NCBI GenBank assembly: GCA_964535015.1
Contig: CAZHRU010000005.1
Span: forward strand, 1-60,674
Direction: 5' to 3'
DNA length: 60,674 nucleotides
From: an uncultured Verrucomicrobiota bacterium
GTDB taxonomy: Bacteria > Verrucomicrobiota > Kiritimatiellia > CAIKKV01 > CAITUY01
Part shown: positions 27,569-36,970 of the stretch, one piece after another
Numbering within the stretch: the first letter of the stretch is position 1
Layout of the letters: every line of letters starts with the position of its first letter
Notes under the pieces: model-generated
Told to the model about the DNA's origin: nothing
Databases searched by the model: none
Seen by the model: the letters and a program-made list of their open reading frames with translations, nothing else
Position numbers and translations under genes: made by a program

Positions 27569-28977
27569 TTCCCCCCCTCCAGCGTGTTCTCCGTTCGCCG
27601 GGGATTGTGATGACTGAAATTGCGGCCTTGGCTCTCGCCTGTTCGCTGGGCGTACTGTGGCCAACCCTTGCCGTCTTCCAATCCCCCTGGTTCCTCGTCA
27701 TAACCGCCATTGCAGCCCTCTCCCTGCTGATCGCCGTCCGTGATCAGGGGCGCCGCCTGCTCTGCGGCGACGTCACGGCCAGGCGGGTCGGCTCCATGAT
27801 GCTTCATCTCGGACTCATCGCCATCATCGCCGCCGGTGCCTGGCGCGCCCTTTTCTCCTCTGAGGCCGTCGTGGATCTCATCGAAGGCGAAACCCTACCC
27901 CCCGCCCCAACCGCCTGGACCCATCAACCTCCCGGCCTGCTGGCCACCCCCTTTCACCTGACCCGGCCCATCACCCTGGAGGCCCTCCATGGAAGCCGCT
28001 ATCCCGACGGCCGCCTTCGCGATCTCTCGGCCACCCTCTCGGCCGGAACCGTGGCCGTCAATCACGACCTCATCCTCCCGGGCGGACGTATCTTCCTTGA
28101 CCAGACGTTCGGTCCCGCCGCCCTCCTTGAGTGGCATCCGCCGCAGAAGTCGGCCGTATTGCTCGATCCTGAAACCCGCACGGCAACCGCCACGGGGCCG
28201 GACGGACTAACGGCATACCTGCGCGCCCCCCCCATCCGCCCCGATCATGTCGAAGTTCGCGTCATGCGGAATAACGGCCTCCTCTTCTCCGGTGAACTCC
28301 GCCCCGGACAAACCCTGTCCCTCCACGGTGGCGCAACGCTGACCTTGCGCGGCATCCCCCTCTGGACTCGCCTCCGCGGCAGTCACGACCACTCGCACCG
28401 CCTCGCCTACCCCGGCTTTGCCCTCATCCTGATCGGTTGTATCCTGCTCTTCGCACGCACTGCCCCGCCTCAAGGACTGCGCGTCGTCGCGTCCGCACCC
28501 CTCTTCCTGTCGGCCATCCTTCTCGCCGGGTGTAACCGCACCTCAACCGAGGAAGCCCGCCAACTCGTCCTCCGCTACAACACCCTCGTTGCCGAGGCCT
28601 ATCGCCGCGGCGACCCTCACTTGATTGAACCCGTCGTCAGCCTCAACGAAGGCAAGAAACTCACCGGCCTCATCGGCGTTCGCTCGGACCTGGGCCTCAC
28701 CCTCGACTCCGAACTGCTGTCCCTCACGCTCATCGCTGCTGAGCAGCGCGCCCGCAAACTGCGGGTTCAAACAAAAGAGCAGTGGCGCTATCGTGACCGC
28801 AAAATCGGCACCGGTGAACAGGTCGGCGAGGAGTCCTCAGATTCCTACGAGATGCTGTACCTGTTCACTCAGACCAACCGGACATGGATAGTGGATGAAA
28901 TCCAATTCACCTCCCCACCCAGGATCGGCCGCAAACAGATGACCTGGCAGGAATCGCGTAATCCGGAAAAACCATGA
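27565..28977 (+). CDS. Reduced ResB-like protein fused to a C-terminal lipoprotein-like alpha/beta domain
   Basis: F.SPWF, MMLHLGL, V.VNHDL, D..H.LAYPGF, then a hydrophobic stretch with LLAGC and a further ~150-aa domain in the same frame. Confidence 0.7.
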   Translation: MIPPLQRVLRSPGIVMTEIAALALACSLGVLWPTLAVFQSPWFLVITAIAALSLLIAVRDQGRRLLCGDVTARRVGSMMLHLGLIAIIAAGAWRALFSSEAVVDLIEGETLPPAPTAWTHQPPGLLATPFHLTRPITLEALHGSRYPDGRLRDLSATLSAGTVAVNHDLILPGGRIFLDQTFGPAALLEWHPPQKSAVLLDPETRTATATGPDGLTAYLRAPPIRPDHVEVRVMRNNGLLFSGELRPGQTLSLHGGATLTLRGIPLWTRLRGSHDHSHRLAYPGFALILIGCILLFARTAPPQGLRVVASAPLFLSAILLAGCNRTSTEEARQLVLRYNTLVAEAYRRGDPHLIEPVVSLNEGKKLTGLIGVRSDLGLTLDSELLSLTLIAAEQRARKLRVQTKEQWRYRDRKIGTGEQVGEESSDSYEMLYLFTQTNRTWIVDEIQFTSPPRIGRKQMTWQESRNPEKP

Positions 28978-29801
28978 ACGTTTTCACCCTTGAAACCATC
29001 CTGCACTGGACCGGCGTCGGCCTCTACATCCTGGCGGTCATCACCTTCGCCAACGCCATCCTCTTCGCGCATCCCGACCGCACCCGCCGCGCCTGCTGGA
29101 TCACCGCCATCGGCCTCCTCCCCCACTCCGCCGCCCTCGTCGTCCGCTACCTCAACGTCGGCCATGGCCCCTACATGCTGAAGTACGAGGTCCTCTCCTC
29201 CAACGCCTGGATCGCCATTGCCATGCTCCTCGTCTTCATCTGGCGCCGCCCCGCCTGGTCCGCCGCCGCCCTCGTCGTCCTGCCGGCCGCCATCCTGATG
29301 GTTGGCCTGGGCCTCTTCACAAATCCCGAGGCGCGGAACCTGCCACCCACCCTGCGATCCATGTGGCTGGTCTTCCACGTCCTCTTCAATAAACTCGCCG
29401 TCGGCGCCTTCCTGCTATCCGTCGCCACAGCAACCTGCCTGCTTCGCAAACTGGGCGGCGCTTCCGCCCGCTGGCTCGACCGCCTCCCCGCACCCGATGC
29501 CCTTGAGGCCTACACCGTCCGCTTCATCGGATTCGGGTTCATCTTCTGGACCACCACCATCGGCGCCGGCGCCATCTGGGCCCACCAGTCCTGGGGCCGC
29601 TACTGGGCCTGGGACCCCATCGAAACCTGGTCGCTCGTCACCTGGCTGGCCTACGCCACCCTCCTGCATATCAAGGTGTTCTTCCGCCTCTCGGCGCGCA
29701 CCACCGCCTGGAGCACCGTCGCCTGCTTCATCCTCTCGGTCCTCACCATCCTGATCTTCCCGTTTGTGTTCCCTTCCATGCACTCAGCCTATTTCCAATA
29801 A
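28974..29801 (+). CDS. ccsA: Second CcsA/ResC paralog
   Basis: WGRYWAWDPIETW, FHV and MHSAY; multiple TM helices. Confidence 0.9.
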   Translation: MNVFTLETILHWTGVGLYILAVITFANAILFAHPDRTRRACWITAIGLLPHSAALVVRYLNVGHGPYMLKYEVLSSNAWIAIAMLLVFIWRRPAWSAAALVVLPAAILMVGLGLFTNPEARNLPPTLRSMWLVFHVLFNKLAVGAFLLSVATATCLLRKLGGASARWLDRLPAPDALEAYTVRFIGFGFIFWTTTIGAGAIWAHQSWGRYWAWDPIETWSLVTWLAYATLLHIKVFFRLSARTTAWSTVACFILSVLTILIFPFVFPSMHSAYFQ

Positions 29802-31252
29802 TGAGCCGTAAACACCCGGAAATCATGCTGGTCACCCCGCCCTACCATTCCGGGGTCGTGGAGTCCGCCGGTTCCTGGCTGCCCCTCGGCCTCCTTTACG
29901 TGGCTGGCGCCTTGCAACGCGCCGGTTACGGCGTCTCCCTCTATGACGCCATGACCCGTTTCCACACCCTGGAACAGGTCCGGCAAACCATCCGGCGGGA
30001 ACAACCGGACGCCGTCTTTGTCTCCTGCATCACCGCCACCGTCATGGACGGCATGGACGTCTGCCGTGTGGCCAAGGAGGAGTTCCCCGACACCCTCACC
30101 GTCCTCGGCAACACCCATCCCACGTTCATGTATGAGGAAATTCTCCGGGATCACCCCGAGGTGGATGTCATCGTCCGCGGCGAAGGCGAGATTACCTCGG
30201 TGGAACTAATGGACGCCTGGAAAACCGGAGCCAACCCCGGCAACGTCCGCGGCATCGCCTTTCGCGACGGAAACTCCATCGTGGCGACACCCTGCCGCCC
30301 GTTTATCCCCAACCTGGATTCCACCGCTCCGGCCTGGGACCTGGTCCCCTGGAAGGAATATACGTACCGCCCCAAACCCGGATCAATCCTCGCCGTCGTT
30401 TCCTCATCCCGAGGCTGTAAACAACATTGCTCCTTCTGCTCCCAGCGCCTGTTCTGGGAGGAATCCTGGCGCGCCGTCTCTCCCGAATCGTTCGTCAATG
30501 AACTCGAGATGCTCCGACGCCGTCACGGGGTCAACGTCGCCATGATCGCCGACGAAATCCCCACCCTGGACGCCGCACGCTGGGAACGGATTCTCGACCT
30601 CCTGATCGAACGCGACCTCGGCATCGCCCTCCTGCTGGAGACACGGGTTGACGACATTCTACGCGACGCCCACCTCCTGCCCCGCTACCGCCAGGCTGGC
30701 ATCGAACACATCTATGTCGGCGTCGAATCCGTCGACCAGGCCACCCTGGATCTCTTCAAGAAGGACGTCAAGGTCGAGCAGAACAAACGCGCCATCGAAC
30801 TCCTGAACCAGCATGACATCATCTCGGAGACCTCCTTCGTCATGGGTCTACCCGGCGACACGCCCGCGAGTATGGACCGCACCATCGAACTGGCCAAGTT
30901 CTACGACCCGGATATGGCGTTCTTCCTCGCCATCACCCCCTGGCCCTACGCCGATATCTATAATGACGTCAAGGACCACATTGCAGTTTGGGACTACCGG
31001 AAGTATAATTTGGTCGAACCGATAATCAAACCCGACACCATGACGTTGGCCGAGGTTCATGGACATCTCTTCCGGGGCTTCCGTGATTTTTACATGAACA
31101 AGATGAAGCAACTTCCAACCATGCCGGAGTGGAAGCAGGCGTTTATGAAATCACTGATGAAACTCTTGATGGACCATTCCTACCTGAAGGACCAAATGGG
31201 CGGCATGAACCCCCCTTCTATTCAACCTCTTCCCCCTACCCCAGTGAGGTGA
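29801..31252 (+). CDS. Cobalamin-binding radical SAM protein, BchE-like
   Basis: N-terminal B12 domain (PLGLLYVAG); CKQHCSFC cluster motif; ETRVDDILRD and TPWPY segments resemble BchE as I recall it; coupled to ccsA (TAATG). Confidence 0.8.
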   Translation: MSRKHPEIMLVTPPYHSGVVESAGSWLPLGLLYVAGALQRAGYGVSLYDAMTRFHTLEQVRQTIRREQPDAVFVSCITATVMDGMDVCRVAKEEFPDTLTVLGNTHPTFMYEEILRDHPEVDVIVRGEGEITSVELMDAWKTGANPGNVRGIAFRDGNSIVATPCRPFIPNLDSTAPAWDLVPWKEYTYRPKPGSILAVVSSSRGCKQHCSFCSQRLFWEESWRAVSPESFVNELEMLRRRHGVNVAMIADEIPTLDAARWERILDLLIERDLGIALLLETRVDDILRDAHLLPRYRQAGIEHIYVGVESVDQATLDLFKKDVKVEQNKRAIELLNQHDIISETSFVMGLPGDTPASMDRTIELAKFYDPDMAFFLAITPWPYADIYNDVKDHIAVWDYRKYNLVEPIIKPDTMTLAEVHGHLFRGFRDFYMNKMKQLPTMPEWKQAFMKSLMKLLMDHSYLKDQMGGMNPPSIQPLPPTPVR

Positions 31253-31256
31253 CGCC

Positions 31257-32882
31257 ATGAAGCACTACCTGCTCCTCCTGCTCTCCACCTTCCTCCTCAG
31301 CATGACAACCCATGCCGCCGCCCCAACCGTCACACCGCTGACCAGTTACTCGGCATCCCTGCAGTCCCCCACCCGAGTCGCCACCGACAGTTCCGGCAAC
31401 GTCTATGTCGTGGATTCGCCCTCCGGCTGCATCGTCGTGTTCGACGCCTTTGGCCGCGTCACCGCCACACACTCCGGTTTCAACCGCCCACTGGGAATCG
31501 CCGTGGACGCCTCGGGCCATATCTACCTTGGCGAGGAACAATCCGGCAGCATCACCGTGCTGGATCCACAGTGGACCCCCCTCTACAAACTCGGCAGTGG
31601 TAATGGCGAGTTCAGTATGCCCAACTTCATCGCCACCGACGCCCCCAGCAATACCGTCTACGTCTCGGACAGCAAGGCCAACACCATCAAAGTGTATTCC
31701 GGAGCCACCCTGATCAACCAGTTCGGAACCGGCGGCACCAACAACGGCGCGTTTGATTTCCCCGCCGGCATCGCCGTCAGCACCGGCGGCGAGGTCTTCG
31801 TCATGGACCAGAACAACGACCGCGTCCAGATCTTTGATCGCAACGGCGTCTATCTCCGCCAGATGAACTTCATGGCCGGAACAAACCGCGTCCCCACAGG
31901 GCGCCGCCAGGGACTGTTGCTCGACAACGCGGGACGCCTTTACGTGACGGACTCGTTCAACGCCATCGTCACCGTCTACGACGCCACCACGGGAACACCC
32001 CTCGGCACCCTCGGAAACTTCGGTCTCGGCGCTGGCAATCTGAACCTCCCGGCGGCCGTCTGCATGGATCCCTTCAACCGGCTCCTGGTAACCTCCGCCA
32101 ACAACGGACGCCTGGAACTCTACGGCATCGACAACTACCTTCACCTCACCGCAACGCCGGCAACCCTCGACCTCGCTTCCGGAACCAATCTCGTCTTCAC
32201 AGCCTCCCTGGGCGGAACAGGCCCCTTTTCCTTCGAATGGCGGAGAAACGCCACCAACCTGCTCGACGGCATCACCATCAACGGATCCACGAACTCCACC
32301 TTGACCATCAGCGGGGCGACCCCCGCCGATAGCGGCCTCTATTCGGTGATCATCACGGGCCCGACCACCATCACCAGTAGCGTGGCGCAAGTCGCGATCA
32401 GCGACCCGCCAACCCTCATCGGCGGCCCTTACAGCCCCACCGTACTCCGGGGCGACACGGTCGACCTTTCGGTTACCGCCACCGGACCCAACCTGACCTA
32501 CCAGTGGCAACACAACAACCTGAACATTGCGGGCGCCACCAATGACACACTGACCTTGACCGGGGTGCAACCCTCCGACGCCGGAACCTATGGGGTACTC
32601 ATCAAAAACGCGGTGGGTGCTCTCAGCCGCACTGCCACCGTCACGGTGCTAAGCCCCCCGCTCGTCATGGAGTTCCTTGGCATCGCGATTCAACCGGACC
32701 AGTCACCCATCCTCACCATCAACTCCGACCCCGGCGCCAACTATTCCCTGGACGCGTCCGATGACCTGTCAACCTGGTCGCCCCTGTTCCCATTCCTGAA
32801 CACAGCGGGAATTCTGAACCTGACCGATCCCGACACAACCAACACCGTCCACCGCTTCTACCGCCTCCGCTGGCTCCCCTGA
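31257..32882 (+). CDS. Secreted NHL beta-propeller with two Ig domains and a Verrucomicrobia-type C-terminal domain
   Basis: NHL repeats; Ig motifs FEWRRN...LTISG...DSGLYSV and YQWQHN...LTLT..QPSDAGTY; tail G.NYSLDASDDL.TW...D......RFYRL. Confidence 0.8.
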   Translation: MKHYLLLLLSTFLLSMTTHAAAPTVTPLTSYSASLQSPTRVATDSSGNVYVVDSPSGCIVVFDAFGRVTATHSGFNRPLGIAVDASGHIYLGEEQSGSITVLDPQWTPLYKLGSGNGEFSMPNFIATDAPSNTVYVSDSKANTIKVYSGATLINQFGTGGTNNGAFDFPAGIAVSTGGEVFVMDQNNDRVQIFDRNGVYLRQMNFMAGTNRVPTGRRQGLLLDNAGRLYVTDSFNAIVTVYDATTGTPLGTLGNFGLGAGNLNLPAAVCMDPFNRLLVTSANNGRLELYGIDNYLHLTATPATLDLASGTNLVFTASLGGTGPFSFEWRRNATNLLDGITINGSTNSTLTISGATPADSGLYSVIITGPTTITSSVAQVAISDPPTLIGGPYSPTVLRGDTVDLSVTATGPNLTYQWQHNNLNIAGATNDTLTLTGVQPSDAGTYGVLIKNAVGALSRTATVTVLSPPLVMEFLGIAIQPDQSPILTINSDPGANYSLDASDDLSTWSPLFPFLNTAGILNLTDPDTTNTVHRFYRLRWLP

Positions 32883-33277
32883 CACGCCTCCTTTCTATTA
32901 CCCACAAGTAGCACCGAAAAGAAGGACTTCACCACTAATTTGCACTAATTCGCACTGATGAGGAGGAGTAAAGATCCTCCTTCGCTAAAGTTACGAAGAA
33001 CAAAGAATGTTTCGCGCTTTTCCCAGCCAATGGGTACATTCCCCCAAAAAAAGCGCGAAACGACCTTCCGTGAAGAATTGGAGATAATGGGGAAGTATTG
33101 CACACAAGACGGAGTGGCCTGCTTGCCCTGAACGACGTCGACTGGTTTATTTCCCCGGAGTCCCCGAAAAACCGGCGCGGGATTTTTGGTCCCGCCAAGC
33201 GGGAACGAAAATGCCGCAACATTCTCTTTATCTTCTCTTTTTTCAGATTATCGTGATTGCTGATTCGTCATCCGGCT

Positions 33278-34837
33278 TCATCCCGGATCGCCCACGCTCT
33301 TCTGCCAATCCGTGATCCGCTCCTGCAAACCGGCCACCCGGTCTTTCTGCGCGGCATCGCGGGCCAGATTGCGCCGTTCCAGTGGATCGGCGTTCAAGTC
33401 GTACAGTTCATGCACCCCGAGACTGTTGCGGTTGAATTTCCAGTTATCGCGAGTGACCACAGTCCGAATCCGTTCTTGCCGGGAGGCGGCGATCTGCTCC
33501 GGGGTTCCACACTTCTCCATGCCGGGACGCATCTTGACTGGTTTCAACTCCTTGACCGGACCCGTCTCCCACTGAATGAAGACATCGCGCCCCGGTTCTT
33601 TCGCCTTGCCGGTCAACTCGGGGGCGAGACTCGTACCGTGCAACCCCGCCGGGACCGGTTGGCCCGCCAGTTCAAGCAAGGACGGCACCAGGTCCACCTG
33701 ACTGACGGGCGGCGTGACGCGGCGCTGTTGACGTTGCCCCGGCGCTTGCACCAATAACGGAACCCCCGCCGACTGCTCGAACATGACACCCTTTCCTGTC
33801 AACCCGAAGTCGCCCAGCATTTCGCCGTGGTCGGTGGTGAACACGATGATCGTGTTGTCGCGCAAACCCTGCTCGTCCAGCGTCTTCAGGATGCGGCCGA
33901 CATGCGCGTCGACGAGACTGCACATCCCCCAGTACCGGGCCGTCACCGCCCGTAACGCCGCCTCTACCATCCTCTCAGAACCGGCCGCCAGACGCAGGCG
34001 CAACGGACTGTCGGGCGGCAACTGCTCCTGCCAGTTCGGGGCGAGCACCACGTCCTCAGGCGCGTATTGTTTGTCCCGACAACTGTTGAAGGGCGGATGC
34101 GGCTCCAGGAAATTGACATACAGCGCCCAGGGCCGCGCTTTATGAGTCTGGATAAACTCAACCGCCTGCCCGGACAAAAACGCCGGCCGTGACAACTCCT
34201 CCGGCAGGGCGTGGATCTGTTCTCGGAAAAACCGGTTCTCGTAGGCGGGATGCCATTTCGGGTCGCCGGGTTTCAGGTTTCCGATGCGGATCGGAGTGAC
34301 GCCCCGTTTGACCAGCCAGTGATGGTAATGCGAGCGTTCGGGCCCGAACTCCTTGACCGGCGGCGAATAAGCCATATGGTAGGTGTCCTCGGTGCCGCGC
34401 CAGTCGGTGAACCCGTGCTGCGGGAAGATCTCGTCCCCGAGATGCCATTTGCCGAAGTGACCGGTGGCGTAGGCGCCCGCAGGCAGGTATTCCGGCAGGC
34501 ATTTGGCGTCGCGGTTGATGAACGTGTTGTTGTCCATCGCGCCGTGGGCATGCGCATACAGGCCGGTGAGGATGCTGCCGCGTGACGGCGTACACACGGG
34601 ATTGGTGCAGTAGGCCCGGTCAAAGACGGTTGCTTGCGCCGCCAAACGGTCCACGTTCGGCATCAGGTTGTGCTTGTTGCCGTAGCACGCCAGCGTGTCG
34701 GCACGCTGCTCGTCGGTGTAGAGGAAGAGGATGTTGGGTGGTTTCTTCATGGATGGCTCCTGGCCACGCACCAAGCGCGGCATCGCCGCCGCGGCAGTGG
34801 TGGCGGCACAGACAGTTAAGAATTCTCGTCGGTTCAA
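33278..34837 (-). CDS. Sulfatase (Cys-type, formylglycine-dependent), Tat-exported
   Basis: NRREFL Tat motif, PNILF, CTPSR..ILTG, GKWHLG, DHGEMLG. Confidence 0.95.
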   Translation of the reverse strand: MNRREFLTVCAATTAAAAMPRLVRGQEPSMKKPPNILFLYTDEQRADTLACYGNKHNLMPNVDRLAAQATVFDRAYCTNPVCTPSRGSILTGLYAHAHGAMDNNTFINRDAKCLPEYLPAGAYATGHFGKWHLGDEIFPQHGFTDWRGTEDTYHMAYSPPVKEFGPERSHYHHWLVKRGVTPIRIGNLKPGDPKWHPAYENRFFREQIHALPEELSRPAFLSGQAVEFIQTHKARPWALYVNFLEPHPPFNSCRDKQYAPEDVVLAPNWQEQLPPDSPLRLRLAAGSERMVEAALRAVTARYWGMCSLVDAHVGRILKTLDEQGLRDNTIIVFTTDHGEMLGDFGLTGKGVMFEQSAGVPLLVQAPGQRQQRRVTPPVSQVDLVPSLLELAGQPVPAGLHGTSLAPELTGKAKEPGRDVFIQWETGPVKELKPVKMRPGMEKCGTPEQIAASRQERIRTVVTRDNWKFNRNSLGVHELYDLNADPLERRNLARDAAQKDRVAGLQERITDWQKSVGDPG

Positions 34838-34914
34838 GGTTTCTCCAATGTTGGGCCTAGTGAATTCATCGCCTCAGGGTAAGCGACTTTGCGAACTGAA
34901 CGCAATAGGACGTA

Positions 34915-35820
34915 TTGACAGAAATCATGCATTATGGAATGCTGGTCGGCATGACACTCTTGTGCAGGCATGGCGGGAATGGTCCGTATATCCGTGATGG
35001 GCGTTACAACCGCCGGCACTTCGGGGAGAGATCCATCCTCAGCACCGATGAATACCAGTTGATCTTCGTTGATGACGGTGTGGTGCGTTACCGCCATGGC
35101 AAACGGCAGTTCGCGCCATCGGCGCCCTGTGCGCTGCTGGTTCCGCCCGGGATTGATTTTTCGATCGATCTGCCCAAGGGCGTCACCTGGCATCACCTGC
35201 GGTTCCTTGCGATATGCAAGTCCCTGGAATCCGTCCTGGATCCCACGCTGGAACCGAAATTTACGCCATCGTCGATACGCCGGACGTCGAAGATGCAGCC
35301 GTCGCCGCAAGAGGTCTGGGGGGTTGTGTTGCCGATCGAGGTTCCGAAGACGCTGCTGGACGAATGCCGGGCGATGATACGCTGGTGCAATGCGCACTGG
35401 TGGCGGGACGCCGTGAACTATGCGCGCGCAAACTATCACCTCGGGCTCTGGCTGTTGGATATGGTGGAGGCGGTTGGCGGCACAACGCTGCGTAAGGACG
35501 ACTGGCTGGGACGACTGGGCGCCTACTGCAAGGACAACATCATTCATGGGTTGACCGTCGCGGAACTTGCGCGGCATGCCGGGATGAGCCGGCAGAATCT
35601 CCGACATCGTCTGCAGGAGGCCTGCGGGATGACGCCCAAGGCGTATATGGATTCGATCCGGTTTGACATCGCCTGCAAGCAGTTGCGGACAACGCGGGAG
35701 TCGGTGTACATTGTCAGTCGGTTATGCGGTTATGCCTCCCCATCGGTATTCACGCGCCGGTTCCGCAAACTGGCGGGCGTTTCGCCACGTCAATGGCGGC
35801 AGCAGAACCGGGACGTGTGA
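34915..35820 (+). CDS. AraC-family regulator (cupin-like N-terminus; true start probably slightly downstream)
   Basis: C-terminal LTVAELARHAGMSRQNL...CGYASPSVFTRRF; divergent from the sulfatase. Confidence 0.85.
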   Translation: MTEIMHYGMLVGMTLLCRHGGNGPYIRDGRYNRRHFGERSILSTDEYQLIFVDDGVVRYRHGKRQFAPSAPCALLVPPGIDFSIDLPKGVTWHHLRFLAICKSLESVLDPTLEPKFTPSSIRRTSKMQPSPQEVWGVVLPIEVPKTLLDECRAMIRWCNAHWWRDAVNYARANYHLGLWLLDMVEAVGGTTLRKDDWLGRLGAYCKDNIIHGLTVAELARHAGMSRQNLRHRLQEACGMTPKAYMDSIRFDIACKQLRTTRESVYIVSRLCGYASPSVFTRRFRKLAGVSPRQWRQQNRDV

Positions 35821-35951
35821 TGCCGGCGGCAGCAGGGCGGTGCGGGGGTGGCTCCAGGCGGGCTTCGACGCGTCAGGTCTATTAACCTCATCAATGCAGA
35901 CTTGTATCATATCTAACCGAAGTGATACGGTTACACAAGGAGAGACCACTA

Positions 35952-36140
35952 ATGATCGCCCAACACGTTACGGCACGAGGAACTGGTTTGCCAGCGCGAA
36001 GTAAGTGCGCGAACGAGTCCCGCCAACAGGAATTGGAACGCCTGCGACGGATGTCCATAGAAGAAAGAGTTCGTGCAGCCTTGGAGATGAATCGCCGGTT
36101 CACGTGGATCAAACCGGATCTTGCGGAGCCTGCGAGATGA
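35952..36140 (+). CDS. Small protein (62 aa) coupled to the nucleotidyltransferase
   Basis: AAGGAG RBS; RRMSIEERVRAAL motif; stop overlaps the next ATG (ATGA). Confidence 0.55.
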   Translation: MIAQHVTARGTGLPARSKCANESRQQELERLRRMSIEERVRAALEMNRRFTWIKPDLAEPAR

Positions 36141-36691
36141 GCGACGCCGACGAGATTCTCAAAGCAGCCGAAGATGTTGTAGCGGTTCTGCGCCAACACC
36201 AGGTAGAAGCCGTCGTGATCGGTGCCGTGGCGCTGGCGGCCTTCCACTATGTCCGGTACACCCAGGACGTTGACCTTGGCGTCAACGCCGACCTGCCCAC
36301 GTTGCGCGTTGTTGCGGACACGTTGCGTGCCAAAGGGTATACGGTGGAACTGCGGGAACCAGACGCCACCGATCCCCTGGGTGGAGTACTCGATGTGATC
36401 GGCTCCTTCGGCCTTGTCCAGATCATCAGTTATTCCGGTCGCTTTCCCGCGGTGATTGATGATGCGGTGCGGCTTTCCCGAATCACGATGAAGGAGGGCA
36501 GTTCGCTGCGGCTTGTTCCCCTTCCCCAACTCATTGCACTCAAACTTTATGCCGGCGGCCACAAGTCAAAGGCCGATATCACCGAACTACTGGCTCGCAA
36601 TCCGGATTTGGATCTCAACGAGGTTCGCCATGTCTGCAACCGCTATCGCCTTGCTGGCCTGGATGCGCTGATCGCCGAATCCCGGGTGTAA
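36137..36691 (+). CDS. Nucleotidyltransferase-superfamily protein (AbiEii-like / TA-associated type)
   Basis: VVIGAVALAAFHYVRYTQDVDL (G..A....R.T.D.D); LIALKLYAG..K...DI. Confidence 0.7.
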   Translation: MSDADEILKAAEDVVAVLRQHQVEAVVIGAVALAAFHYVRYTQDVDLGVNADLPTLRVVADTLRAKGYTVELREPDATDPLGGVLDVIGSFGLVQIISYSGRFPAVIDDAVRLSRITMKEGSSLRLVPLPQLIALKLYAGGHKSKADITELLARNPDLDLNEVRHVCNRYRLAGLDALIAESRV

Positions 36692-36970
36692 TGCATTCGC
36701 CGGTCCAGTACTGACCGCTCTTCCTCGCGTCTTCTCCGGCCTTGGCCATCGGGTCCGCCAGAATCACCGCCCCCGGTTTGCCCTCCTGCAACCCCAAGTT
36801 TCCGGGGACCGTCCCTATTGAACAGGATGAACCGAGTCCATGAGCGTTTTCTCGATTTGACTTGGAAAACCCGCGATGGATTCGATACAGTTATTAGTCG
36901 TTTGAAACGTCAATACGTAAAGAATGCGATGGACGTCGGAGGTTTCTGGAAGAGACCGGATTGAGGCACC

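Noticed and set aside
29801-31252. Bacteriochlorophyll synthesis (bchE)
   Set aside because: No other bch or photosynthesis genes are in the window, and the context is cytochrome maturation.
32883-33277. 395-bp gap between convergent genes with short CACTAATT tandem repeats and weak hairpins; considered as an ncRNA or small ORF
   Set aside because: No recognisable RNA family or convincing ORF; it looks like degenerate intergenic repeat sequence.
35904-35928. GTATCA-N13-TGATAC upstream of the nucleotidyltransferase cassette (possible operator)
   Set aside because: 6-bp arms and a single occurrence are too weak to report as a feature.
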